NCBI GenBank assembly: GCA_043228905.1
Contig: JBHGNT010000005.1
Coordinates: 14,942,001 to 15,006,000 of the forward strand
Reading direction: 5' to 3'
Source of the DNA: Azolla caroliniana
Taxonomy: Eukaryota > Plantae > Polypodiophyta
Length of the DNA stretch: 64,000 nucleotides
Below, piece by piece: positions 1-12,300 of this stretch. The position numbers and the translations under genes are program-made. A model generated the notes under the pieces. That model did no database searches, had not been told where the DNA came from, and saw nothing but the letters and a program-made list of their open reading frames with translations. Every line of letters starts with the position of its first letter. Position 1 is the stretch's first letter.

Positions 1-3000
1 CTTCCGGTCAAGACTACCGATGAGATGGAATGCACCACTGGAGCTAGTGCATATCGATGTGTGTCAAGTAGACACGAAGTCACATGCTGGATCGTAGTAC
101 TTCATGACGTTCATAGATGATCATATCTAGAAGTTGTGGGTCTCACCATTGAAGACGAAGGATCAAGTGATATCCGTCTTCAAGGAGCTCCACGCGAGAG
201 TGGAAAGAGAAACTGGTCGGAAGCTGAAATAGGTTCGAGCATATAACGGAGGAGAATACCGGGGGCAGTTTGAGGAGTACTACCGGTTGAAGGGAATCTG
301 GCTCGAATTCACCGGGCCGAAGACGCCGGAACTAAATGGATTGGCCGAAAGGATGAACCGAACCATAATGGAGAGAGTTCAGAGCATGCTCACACATGCC
401 AAGTTACCCAGGACGTTTTGGGCTGATGCACTGACGACGACGACCTATGTGATAAACAGATCACCCTCAGTACCCTTGGACAGAGACTCACCGCAGAAAA
501 TATGGACCGGTAAGGATGTGTCTTACCGGCATTTGAAGGTGTTCGGGTGTCTCGCATACGTGCGTGTGGCGAAAGACAAGAGAGAAAACCTGGATCCAAA
601 GTCCCGACCATGCATATTCCTTGGATACGGCGATGATGAGTTCAGTTACCGGGTGTGGGATCTGGTCGACAGAAAGGTGTTCGGGAGTCGAGACATAGTC
701 TTCATGGAAGACAGGACCATTGCTGACTGGGAGTCGGAGAAGAAGGTAACGAACTCGGGATCATCCATTGAAAACCGGCTTGAGGACAAAAGGATATACC
801 TGGTTGAAAACCAGATGTTAGCCGGTAACCAGATGACACTCGACGAACCAACCGGATACGGACAGGAAATCGAACCGACCGAAGAAGAAGAAGAAGAAGA
901 AGAAACTGGAACCGGTCAAGATCCCAAATCGGATTCGGATTCGGAACAAATGGAGGAATCGGCAGTCAGAAACCAAGGACGGAGATATCCTCTCCGGGAG
1001 AGAAGAGCCCCCCGGAGATTTCCGGATGCAGAGCATGTGTTGCTAACTGACGAGGGGGAGCCAGAAAGCTTTGAAGAAACAAGGGGAGACGCCCACAGCC
1101 GCAAGTGGTTGAGTGCCATGTAGGATGAGATGGATTCCCTACAGTACCCTTGGGAGGAGACTCACCTCAGAAGGTATGGACCGGCAAAGATGTATCTTAC
1201 CGGCATCTGAAGGTGTTCGGGTGTCTTGATTACGTGCATGTGGCGAAGGACAAGAGAGAAAAGCTGGATCCGAAGTCCCGACCATGCATATTCCTTGGAT
1301 ACGGCGACGATGAGTTCGGTTACCAGGTGTGGGATCTGGTCGACAAGAAGGTGTTCCGAAGTCGGGACATAGTCTTCATGGAAGACAAGACCATTTCCGA
1401 CTAGGAGTTAGAGAAGAAGATGACCAACTCTGGATCATCCAATGAAAACCGGTCTGAGGACATAATGACCTACTCGGTTGAAAGCCGGATGTTAGCCGGT
1501 AACCGGATGACACTCGACAAACCGGCCGGATTCAGACAAGAAACCGAACCGACCGAAGAAGAAGACACTGGAACCGGACAAGATCCCGAATCGGATGAGG
1601 ATGAGGAACAAACGGAGGAACTGGTAGTCAGAAGCCAAGGACGGAGATATCCTCTCCGAGAGAGAAGAGCCCCCTGGAGATTTCCCGATGCAGGGCACAT
1701 GTTGCCAACCGATGAGGGGGAGCCGAAAAGCTTCGAAGAAGCAAAGAGAGACACCCTCAGTCGCAAGTGGTTGAGTGCTATGCAGGACGAGATGGATTCC
1801 CTGCATGAGAACCACACATATGAATTGGTGGAGTTGCCAAAGGGAAAGAGGGCACTCAGGAACAAGTGGGTGTACAAGCTGAAACCGGGAGACACCAGAA
1901 ATCCACCAAGGTATAAGGCCCGAATCGTGGTGAAGGGCTTCTAGCAGAACAAAGGAGTGGACTTCGATGAGATCTTTGCCCCGGTAGTAAAGATTACATC
2001 GCATAGCGGTCGAGGTAGAACAACTGGACGTCAAGCCGGCATTCCTACACAGAGACCTCGAAGAAGAGATCTACATGCACCAACCGGAAGGATTTGAGAA
2101 GAAAGGGAAGGAGCACCTAGTGTGACGGCTGAAGAAGAGCTTATACGGACTGAATCAAGCTCCTCGGCAATGGTACCGAATGTTTGACTCCTTCATGACT
2201 GATCAAGGGTACCACAAGACCCAGGCCGATTGCTCCTGTATTGCTCCTGATGGAGGAGATTTCCTGATATTGCTCCTGTACGTGGACGACATGTTGATTG
2301 TCGAACGAGACCAAGTCAAGATACGGATGCTGAAGAACACCCTTAACCAGACCTTCTCAATGAAAGACTTGGGTCCGGCAAGGCAGATATTGGGAATGCA
2401 CATCATCCAGGATTGGTCGAAGAAGCTATTGTGATTGTCACAGGAGAAGTATGTGACAAAGGTGCTTCAACGGTTCAACATGTCGGAGGCGAAACCGGTC
2501 AGATCGACACTTCCGGCAAACTGCAAGCTATTCGGAAAACAAAGCCCGAGGACAAAGGCGGAGAAGGCGGATATGATGAAGATACCATATGCCTCTACTG
2601 TCGGGAGCTTGATGTACGCAATGGTATGTACCTGGCTGGATATCGGATATGCAGTCAGAGTGGTGAGCCAGTTCATGAGCTATCCCGGCAAAGAGCATTG
2701 GAACGCGGTCAAGTGGATACTCCGGTATCTGAAAGGCACTTCGAGTATGTGCCTCCGATTTGGCTCCGATAATCCCCAACTTTATGGATTCACGGATTCG
2801 GATATGTCGGCTGATGCGGATACCAGTCGGTCTACATCTAGATATGTAATGACTTATGCAAGGGGAGTTGTATCATGGCAGTCGAGGCTGCAGAAGACGA
2901 TTGCATTGTCAACCACGGAGGCGGAGTACATGGCAGCTATAGAACCCAACAAGGAGATAATCTGGATGAAGGACTTCATCGGAGAGCTAGGGATCCAACA

Positions 3001-3255
3001 AGAGGAATATCGGCTCTACTGCGACAGTCAAAGTGCCTCCACCTTGCAAAGAACGCGGCCTACCATTCCCAGACGAAACATATCTGGTGCAGGTACCACT
3101 AGATCCGGGAGCGAGTTGAAGATCAAGAGTTCGTGCTGATGAAGATCCACACGGAGGAGAATGGGTCGGATATGCTGACCAAGGTGCTGGCACCCGACAA
3201 GTTGGACTCATGCTGGAAGCAGATCGGACTTACAAGACATCCCATACCAGAGTGA
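1..3255 (+). pseudogene. copia pol (INT-RT-RNaseH) with stops, frameshifts and an internal duplication
   Basis: ORF pieces 287-1123, 1150-1404, 1420-1944, 2180-2434 and 2435-3139 are collinear copia pol fragments. Confidence 0.93.
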
Positions 3256-3265
3256 AGGGGGAGAT

Positions 3266-3537
3266 TGTTGGGAAATCGGTCTCTCCGGATGGGATCCAGT
3301 GATGAATGAAGAGGACCCGGTGAGAACCAGAAGAGAGTCGGTGAGAACCGGAAGAGATCCGGAAACCAGATCAGTGGACCCGATGAGAACCGAAAGAGAA
3401 GATAGATTTGTAAATATGTCTTGAATAAGCCCATTGAGGATATATTTGTAAATAGCCCTAAGTTCATATAACTATAAATATGACTTAGGGCAATCACTTT
3501 AGTGTGGTTGTGTTGTTGTCATATTGTTGTAACTGTT

Positions 3538-3590
<53 letters not shown>

Positions 3591-4013
3591 TACTCTGTTG
3601 TAGTCGCCACTGTGCGAAGAAACAGAGCTCGAGGTCGTTGCCTCCGAGTCTCTGATTGTACCCCTTCTCTTCATAATGATAGTTCGGAGTCTGTGGGCTC
3701 CCGTGGTTTTTCCCTATTAGGGTTTTCCATGTAAACATCCTGTGTCATTTTCTCGTGTACTCTCCACTTCCCATTTCTGTGTTTGATTCTTATAGAAGTG
3801 ATTTACTACTCAGTTGTGGCCGAGCGATATTTCGTGCATTTCTCTTTAGCTCCCATACCGGGAAGTCCTTGTGTGCCGAATCCGGCGCTGCTTGCTCTGG
3901 TCGAGCTTTTCCGTAGAAAGTGAGCTCTCCATGCTTTTGTCGATATCTTTCTTCTCTCTTCTGTTCTTTACCGATGATTAGGGTTTTTCCGTTTCGAGCA
4001 ATCGTCGGCAACA
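3266..4013 (+). repeat. 3' LTR of the copia element (TGTTG...CAACA); contains (GA)n at 3540-3587
   Basis: Begins right after the PPT with TGTTG and ends CAACA at 4009-4013. Confidence 0.85.
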
Positions 4014-4029
4014 AAGGTTCTTAACCCTC

Positions 4030-4400
4030 GCACTTTGATACCATGTCACAGTTAATATGCGGAAGCTTTGACAACCCGGTTCACCCGGACAACAATAAAA
4101 AGAGTGTTGGTTTCATGGAAGCTTCACAAAACACAAAAAGAGAGTGGGAGAGACAAAGAGAGCAGAATACCATAAACTCAATTCAAAATAATAACCCTCT
4201 GTACATACAATGTGCTCAGTGAGCACTTTTATACAAGTCCATAAATGACTGACAGAAGTACTGACATGTACTTCAATGCTCATATGAGCGACTGACACTA
4301 ACTCCAAGGAATATGCCTATGTACTAGGCTAAGATTGTAGGCCTCTAATGGCGAAATGAACCAAGCAGCAAGGCGACTTTCCAACGACCAGAAGTTTTGT
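4030..4400 (-). mobile_element. tRNA-iMet PBS and adjacent LTR remnant of an older minus-strand LTR element
   Basis: GCACTTTGATACCA at 4030-4043 is the reverse complement of TGGTATCAAAGTGC and directly abuts TGTCACA (LTR end, ...TGTGACA on minus). The far boundary is uncertain. Confidence 0.6.
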
Positions 4401-4401
4401 T

Positions 4402-4745
4402 TGAAGGGGCGTGTTGAGAGTCAAACCCAACTTCCCAATGGAATGGCTTTCACACTAGCAATGGATAGTCTAGGTTCAGACTAGTTTTGTAAATAGTAGA
4501 AAGGGCAATTGCCCTAAGTTAGTTGGTATTTAAACCAACTCTTTTGTAACCAATTAGTTGTTGGATATATATTTCCTACTTTCTAATATAGTTTCTTGTT
4601 CTCTGTCCTTCTAACTCTCTCTCTGTTTGTCTTACACATAGACACAGTTTTTTTGTCACTACATGTGAGGCCATATGGCTCAAACGGCAGTTGCAAGACC
4701 TACACATAAAGGTTGTTGATCCAATTCCAATCTAGTGTGACAACA
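4402..4745 (+). mobile_element. PPT plus short LTR remnant
   Basis: TGAAGGGGCG followed by TGTTG at 4412; ends CAACA at 4741-4745. Confidence 0.55.
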
Positions 4746-5681
4746 TCCGTAGTATGTAGCTAGCGAAGAACCTTGTGTTCCATGCTCGCACCAAGTACAT
4801 AGAAGTGCATTATCATTTCATGTGCGAGTGGGTCCTAAGCGGTGAAGTCGAATTGAGGTACGTTCGAACTGATCGGTAGGTTGCCGATATTTTCACCAAA
4901 GCACTCGGTCTGGACAAGTTGCAACACTTCTTGGAGATTCTTGGGTTACAACATCTCGACATGCCACACTTGAGGGGGAGAACCAATGGGGGATCGAATG
5001 GGAACAACAATAGTGGTGATGAGGTGCAAGAGCCAGCCGAACAAAAAAAGGACGACAAATCAAAGACAACGGATTTGGATAAGAGAGATGATTCGGATGA
5101 GCCAAATCATGTTGAGGGTGAACGGATGAGAAGCCAACCAAAGATAAGGCTGAAGTGGGAGTACCAAACGGGTTCAGGAGTGCGAGACCCGACGGATCAT
5201 GGAGTGCAGGCCAAGAGGAAACCTGGCAGAAAGAGTCGAGGCTAAGAACCGGCAGAGCAGAAGGAGGAACCTCACGTTGAGCCTGAGGGGGAGTGTTGAG
5301 AGACAAGGTCAACATAAAGATGGACCGCCTAAAGAAGCCAATAGCCGGATCGATTAGAAGCCATAAGGGCTGAAAGGCCGTAGAGTCGTTAGGACCTAGT
5401 TTTCTTAGCATAGACTTAGGAATAATTTAGGATATAGTCAAATATTAGGGCTCATGAATGAGTATTTAAGTATTGTGTCAGTACTATTTGTATATATGGT
5501 GCTTTGTGAGCACATTTTATGTATAAGCTCTTTTTGAGATAGTTATCTTTGTTGGTTTGTGTATATTGTCTCTCTCTCTCTCGCTCTCTCCATCTTTGTG
5601 GTAACCTAACTATCTGTCAATTGTGTTGTCCGGCTTAGCCGGCTGTGCCTATCTTTGAGCATCCACATCTTTTTCTTTACA
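4746..5681 (+). mobile_element. copia RNase H C-terminal fragment, 3' UTR, PPT and 3' LTR
   Basis: Translates LAKNLVFHARTKYIEVHYHF...VADIFTKALG. PPT TGAGGGGGAG then TGTTG at 5294; LTR ends about TTACA 5681. Confidence 0.75.
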
Positions 5682-6930
5682 TTCACCAATTGTCAATCCA
5701 TATTGATACATGTGTGACAAATTTGGGTTTCATGTTATGAGTCTTAGATCCATTCATGTAATACTCAGTTATCCATGGTTTTTAAAGAGAAATTCATCTT
5801 TATCCATTGATTGGGTGAACCATTCAATATCATTTTCATTAAATTATTCTCAACACTTTATTCAATGTGTCAAACCTTTGTTTGCCCCAACTCTTTCAAA
5901 TACACCTTTTTTCGATAATGTATTGTTGTGACCTTGACCACGATCTTCGAATATATATTATATATCAAGTGACGGGGATAAATTAACATATTATGAACAA
6001 GAAGTGCTTGACACACTCTTAAAAGAGTTTCAAGACGTCTTCCCTAAGGAACTACCAAAAGGATTACCTCCAAAATATAACATTGACCATCATATCGATC
6101 TCATACGTGGTACTACACTTGTAGCATTCCTCCATATTGACTTAGTTGAATTGAAGTAGATGAGATTGATTCACAAGTTAGGACTAGTTAAGGATGGGTC
6201 ATATACATCATAGTAAATCGCCTTGGGGTGGACCAATCTTTCTGGTCAAGAAAAAAGATGGATCTTGGCGACTATGTACTAACTATCATTGTTTGAATAA
6301 TGTCACAATCAGAAATAGTTATATGTTGCCTTGAGTAGATGATTTGCTAGATCCTTTTCACATAGCTAAATACTTTTCAAAGATTGATTTGAAAACTAGT
6401 TATCACCATATTAGAATTGCTGAAAATGATATTCCAAAAATAACATTTCATGTGCATTATGGCCATTATGAGTTTCTAGATATGCCTTTGGGTTTGACTA
6501 ATGCACTGGCTACATTCCAACAAGAAATGAACTATATGTTTCGAGATCAAGTCGAATAGTTCATCATTGTATTTTTTGACAATATTCTTATTTATAGTCG
6601 TACATTAGATGAACATGGTAAACATGTCTTTTTGTCCTTCAAACATTACGTGACAAACATTTTTTCAAGGAGACAATCACTTATTTTGGGCATTTGATCA
6701 TTGGATGAGGTGTCCAAATTGATCCTTCTCGAATAGAGAAAGTCAAACTATGGCCTACTCCTAGAACCGTCCATGAACTACATTCATTTTTAAGTTTTGT
6801 GGGGTTCTTACGAAAATCTATTTATAAATACTCCCAATTGACGAAACTATTTACGAACCATTTAAAAGTTCAAATGGGTAAGTTCACAAAATTAATCCCT
6901 TGGAATGATAATCTAGATGAGATTTAGAAC
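5682..6930 (+). pseudogene. degenerate Ty3/gypsy (chromovirus-type) PR-RT fragment
   Basis: [69 protein letters not shown], with many stops and frameshifts. Confidence 0.85.
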
Positions 6931-9319
6931 ATGTGGTGGGTTGCTCTTGCTTGCTCAAGGGTTCAAAGTGTTTTGGATGTAGTTTTCATGTGAATGTAGA
7001 GTGAATGAGGGAGGAAAACGTGGGATCATGAGCATTTATGTATACGGATGTCAATCAAGTCATGTCCCAAGAACGAGACATGCCGTGTACTAGTTGTCGG
7101 CCCATCGTAATGTAATAGAATGTTGCAAAGATGACCTATTTGACGTTGGGTGTGCAAGGTATGTTGCATCAATGAGCATGAGAAATGAAGCATATTGATC
7201 ACAAGTCCAAGGCTAGTCCGTTAGAACTTGATTCTTTTAGATTCTTTATGATACCAAAGGAGGTCCATAATATGGCTAATACGTAAAAAATAGGAAGTGC
7301 ATTGTCGAAAACCGATTGGTCTTTGATGATGCAAGATGCCTCTGCACTCGAAGATCTAGGCGAGGTGGCACATGTCTGTCTAGCCATATTTGCTTGGTCC
7401 AAATGGATCTCCATCTCGACAACCATTTATCTTGATACTTCATGATAAATGGATGTTGGAAATGGGTGAGTGATTGTCGCAAAAGAACTCTTGGACCTAG
7501 GTTTTGGTGAGTTTTTATATCTGAAACTCAGAAATTTTGTTTTCTATGCTTTTGAGATTTTTGGGGAATCATAGATTTTTTAAAAAGAATGGAAATAGTC
7601 TCGTCAAAATTTTCAATCCGGTTAGGTACAGGTAACCGGGTTGTTAATTCGGTCCTGTGTGAAAGAAAAAGCGTGTTGGTTTAGACGTGACAGAGGCTAG
7701 TCAAAGCCGGATTAGACGTGACCGAGGCTCGTTAGAGCCGGGTTGGTTTTTGGGGGCGCACACGTTTTTTGGATAATGATTCAATGGTGCAGATTGCACA
7801 CGCTAGTTGAAATGTGCCCTAGATTTCCTCACCATGCCCCATTATGATTTGGTTGCAAATAGAAACAAGCATAGAGTGCACATTGTGTGTATGAACTCAA
7901 GTTTGTTTATATCTCACGTCAATGTGACCGACCGACGGAACGGACCACATGCATGTATCATGTATGTATGTCCATATGATTGTTGAGTCTTGAGTCTTGA
8001 CTCATAACAACAGATCACAATCACATACATACATACATACATACATACTTGATACATACTGATACAATACAGTATCATGTATGTATGTGTATGTATCCAG
8101 TGTGGGTGCGTGGGAATGTCCACGACGGGTGGAGCTGTGTCGTCGTTGACAGAGACGAGATATGAGGATGAATGCCACTTAGCTAGCTCTTACAGGAGCC
8201 GCAGCAGATCAAATGCAATCCCATCTCGATGACGATTGCAGTATCGAACTGTGTGAGGGCAATATTAGAATCTCAGGAGAGGATTTCAAGCTTACTATTT
8301 TGTCCTCTAACGATGAGATGCTGTAAAATATTAGGGAGATACTGCTACACTGTTTTTGCTTCAGCAAACATATGTTTTGCAGATGTGACTTTATCTCAGC
8401 TTGCTTTCTTTCTTTCTGAAAAGAAACTTCTCTTGATATGCATTTGTTTCGGGGTTAACTGAAGACTTCTTTAAGCTAATCAATTCCAGTTTAGAAGAAA
8501 GATAGCACATCTTCTCCTAAACGATTCTTTTGACCTCATACGGATGAGCATTTGCTAAGTTATCATGTTTTATATCTTGAATCTCATTACTCATGTAATG
8601 AATGGTAGCACTTTAGCTTGTCATTGATATAGTTATGTCATGGTTTATGATCGACTCGATTTCCTCTAGGGTAAACAAGTGAATAGTGGAAATTTGCCTC
8701 GTCTTTGACAGTTTGATGTGGTATGTTCATGTGTTAATGATTCATATGCCTCTCGGATAAGAGTAAGTAAGTAGTGGCACTTTGGGTTTCCGTTGAGGTG
8801 CTTATGTCATGGTTTATATTACTCTTGGGTAAGAATGAATGGTGGAAATTTTATTTGACGTCACTAGTTAGATGTGCTATGTTACTGGTTAATGGCCTGA
8901 CTGCCATGAGTATTGAATGAATCATGAGATCATATGTATTTGAGAAACATATTTGAGAACTTTCCTGAGAAACCTATCTTTCTTGTTTGTAATATGTACA
9001 AAAGTTCCTTCTCATTTAAACCTTCATAGAAAAGTGTTGCATTCATGACCTTTTCGCACAATAAATTTTGATAGAAGTTTACATAAAATCTCTATAAATA
9101 TAGCAGCATAGACCTACCTTATGAAGTAAAACAATAGTGTTTTACTTCTGTGTGGAATCCTCTTGTTTATCTCAACATTAAAATATTTTTACAATGCTAT
9201 TACGGCGAGCATTATTCGATGTCACAAAATGCCTACCATCATAAAGGGAATGTTTGTTTCTATGTGAAGAAATCTATATTTGAGCTTAAACTTTTTGTGA
9301 GCTTAATTTTGTGGTCTCA

Positions 9320-12300
9320 TTAAGAACCCATATGCAGCTTCACTAAACTAGCATATTCTCCTTCCTTTGAATGAAGTAATTCATCATGTCGCCCTTGCTC
9401 TATGACAGCGCCATCTTTCACAACAGCTATTAGATTTGCATTCTTGATGGTGGAGAGTCGGTGTGCAATGACAATGACTGACCTGTTGATCATAACCCTT
9501 TCTAATGCTTCTTGCACAATGTGTTCGGATTCAGCATCTAATGCACTAGTAGCCTCATCCAAAAGCAAGATTTTCGGATCTCGAATAATCGCCCTGGCGA
9601 TGGCTACTCGTTGTTTCTGTCCACCCGAAAGTTGTATTCCTCGTTCCCCGACAGAAGTGTTATAACCTTCGGGCAATTCCATTATGAATTTATGAGCATT
9701 GGCAGCTTGGGCTGCTGCTATGATTTCCTCTTCTGAAGCAATACCGCCATTCAACCCATAGATTATATTTTCGCGAATGGTAGTGTTGAACAAAATTGGC
9801 TCTTGTCCAACCAACCCTATTTGTTGCCTCAGCCACCTTACCTGTAATTTCTTGATGTCAATTCCATCCAAGAGTATCTGCCCAGTTTCAGGATCATAGA
9901 ATCTTTCTAGAAGAGAAATGACAGTAGATTTCCCGCATCCACTCTCCCCGACTAGAGCCACCGTCTGCACACAAGTAAATTGATATTAATCCACATGAAT
10001 CAGGTGCAGCTTACATAAAACAACAATCACAGTTACATAAAAATGATCACCTACTTTTCCGGCCCTTACAGACAAGCAAAAATCTTTGAGTATTTGTAGG
10101 TTTGGTCGGGTTGGATATCTGAAGTTGACATGATGAAATTCAATTTTCCCGATAATGGAAGTCGGAGTAATCCCAGAGTTATCAAATGGATTGATCTTTG
10201 ATTGACGATCAAGTAATGCAAATACTGAATTTACTGCCGCTTTTGCATTTGTCACATCACCAAGCATGATGGTAGATTGGGAGATACTCATAGCTCCCAT
10301 TGTGATTGCAAAAAATACCTGTCCAAAGATTGATTAAATTTTCTATTTTGCTACTAATGTAAACCTTGTATTATGTTATGATCACTAGATGATGCTGGCG
10401 ATAAAAATAATAACAACAATAATAATTTTTTAAATAATAATAAGAAGAAGAAGAATAAATCATGTTTTTACTTTGAACACTTGCTCGAAGTCAGCTTTTC
10501 CCTGTTGAATCAGTTTAGCTCCAAACCAGAAGCAGAGGGCATATGCAGCATACATGACAAAGTTTGAAAACCCGAAGGCAGTCCCACTGAGAAATCCTTG
10601 ATGAATGCCTTTTCGCAAGGGGAATTTACACTTATCATGGTAAAGGTCTAGAACTTTGCCCTCAGCACAAAAAGAAGCAACAGTTCGAATGCTACCAACT
10701 GCATCTGAAGCTACTTGGCTTGCCTCTTCGTACATTACCTGGTACAGCAACACGCACATTATAGAATGGCAGAGCAAATTCGAGAGTAGTATCAATGAAT
10801 GTTTTACTCAACAAAGAATAAAAGGATATGGTTTATTTACCTTAGCATCAGCACTGAAACCTTTCATAAATTTAACGCGTACAAAGCCTTCAAGCCCTAA
10901 GAGTGGAACTACTGCAAGAATCACTAAAGCCAATATCCAATTGGCAGAAAATGCGATCACAAGGGAAGCAACAATTGTGGCTATGTTTCTCACTATAAGT
11001 GCTAAAGTATCTCCAACAATGGTTTTCACATGTGTTGCATCTGCTGAAAGACGGGCGCTCACTGCACCACTGCATAGAATACAAAAAGCATCAAATGTAT
11101 TCCAATGTTCAATATGTAACGAAGTAAAAAGTTCAACTTTCAATTTAGTTTTGATGAATTAATTTGAATTTCACTCAAATAATTAAAAAAACAAGATGAA
11201 CTTTCAATTTCAATTTCAAGTGGTCAAAAAACCTTGAGTTTTGTCTTTCGTCAAACCATGCTGTCTCTTGCTGCAGAACTTTCTCAAACGTGAGGCACCT
11301 CACACGTTCAACTAGCCTGCCACCCGCAATAGCAAAACATAACATCTGTACTGTCAAGACAACAAAAGCACCGCACCCAAACACTAGAAATATGCTTGCC
11401 CAGAAATTGGCATCTTTTCTTAGCTTATCTGCTGATTCGAAGAATATCTTAATGATAGTGGATAGCAGCAGACCATATATTGGAAATATAACACCATTCC
11501 CTATGGCAGCTATAGAGCCCAGGAAAAGGATGTGTGCTTCAGATTTATTCAATGATGCAAGACGAAAGATAGATACATTCGGATTAACATTCTTCAGTCC
11601 ATCAGCACTTTCTGGGTCTTGTTCTTCAGGCTTACCATCACACCATCCAAACAGTCCCTTCCTTCTTTGGCGTGAGTCCTTTGCAGTTCCTGGTTCAGCA
11701 TGCTCTTTATTGCTTTCAGAATGCTGACTTCTATTTGAGTCAGAAATCTTGCTGAAGGATCTTCGGATGAAGCGGAAACTTCCACTCTGCTCAGGTTTCC
11801 TAAGGCTTTGTAGAGAGGAGCTTCTTTTTGGTTCATCAGGTGCATCTTCTTGGTGATCCTCCTCTTGGTGCATCTGTTGCAACTTTATTAGTTGAGAATA
11901 AGCTCCAGTACTATTTTGTAGGAGCTCGTCGTGCTTTCCTGAAATTCCAATAGCAAGAAGGAACAAAATTAGCTGTACGAAACTTAATCTAATTGTACAT
12001 TAACTCTGACAGTGAGAAAGAACACAAACTCTGGCCATAATGAGTGTTGCAAATATGTTAATCTTAAGTTCGGGAAAATGTCTAAAAACCTCATGGTTAA
12101 TAACATTATAAAGGATTCTGAAGGGTACCTGTCTCTACTACTGTTCCATGCTGCACAACAGCAATCATATCAACATTTCTTATAGTGGTAAGTCGATGAG
12201 CAATGATCATAGTAGTGCGGCCCATCATCACCCGATCCAATGCATCTTGCACGAGGCGTTCTGACTCAGCATCCAATGCACTCGTGGCCTCATCGAGGAG

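Larger units (their letters stand above)
1..4013 (+). mobile_element. Ty1/copia LTR retrotransposon, 3' part (5' end lies outside the window), decayed
   Basis: Copia domain order: integrase (TPELNGLAERMNRTI, KVFGCLAY), RT (YKARIVVKGF, LLYVDDMLI), RNase H (FTDSDM..ALSTTEAEYMA). PPT GAGTGAAGGGGGAGAT at 3250-3265, then an LTR. Confidence 0.95.

Noticed and set aside
6930-8950. Short ORFs, a 31-bp tandem pair (about 7680-7741), a small hairpin (about 8214-8240) and degenerate repeats (about 8600-8900)
   Set aside because: No recognisable product, termini or RNA-family motifs.
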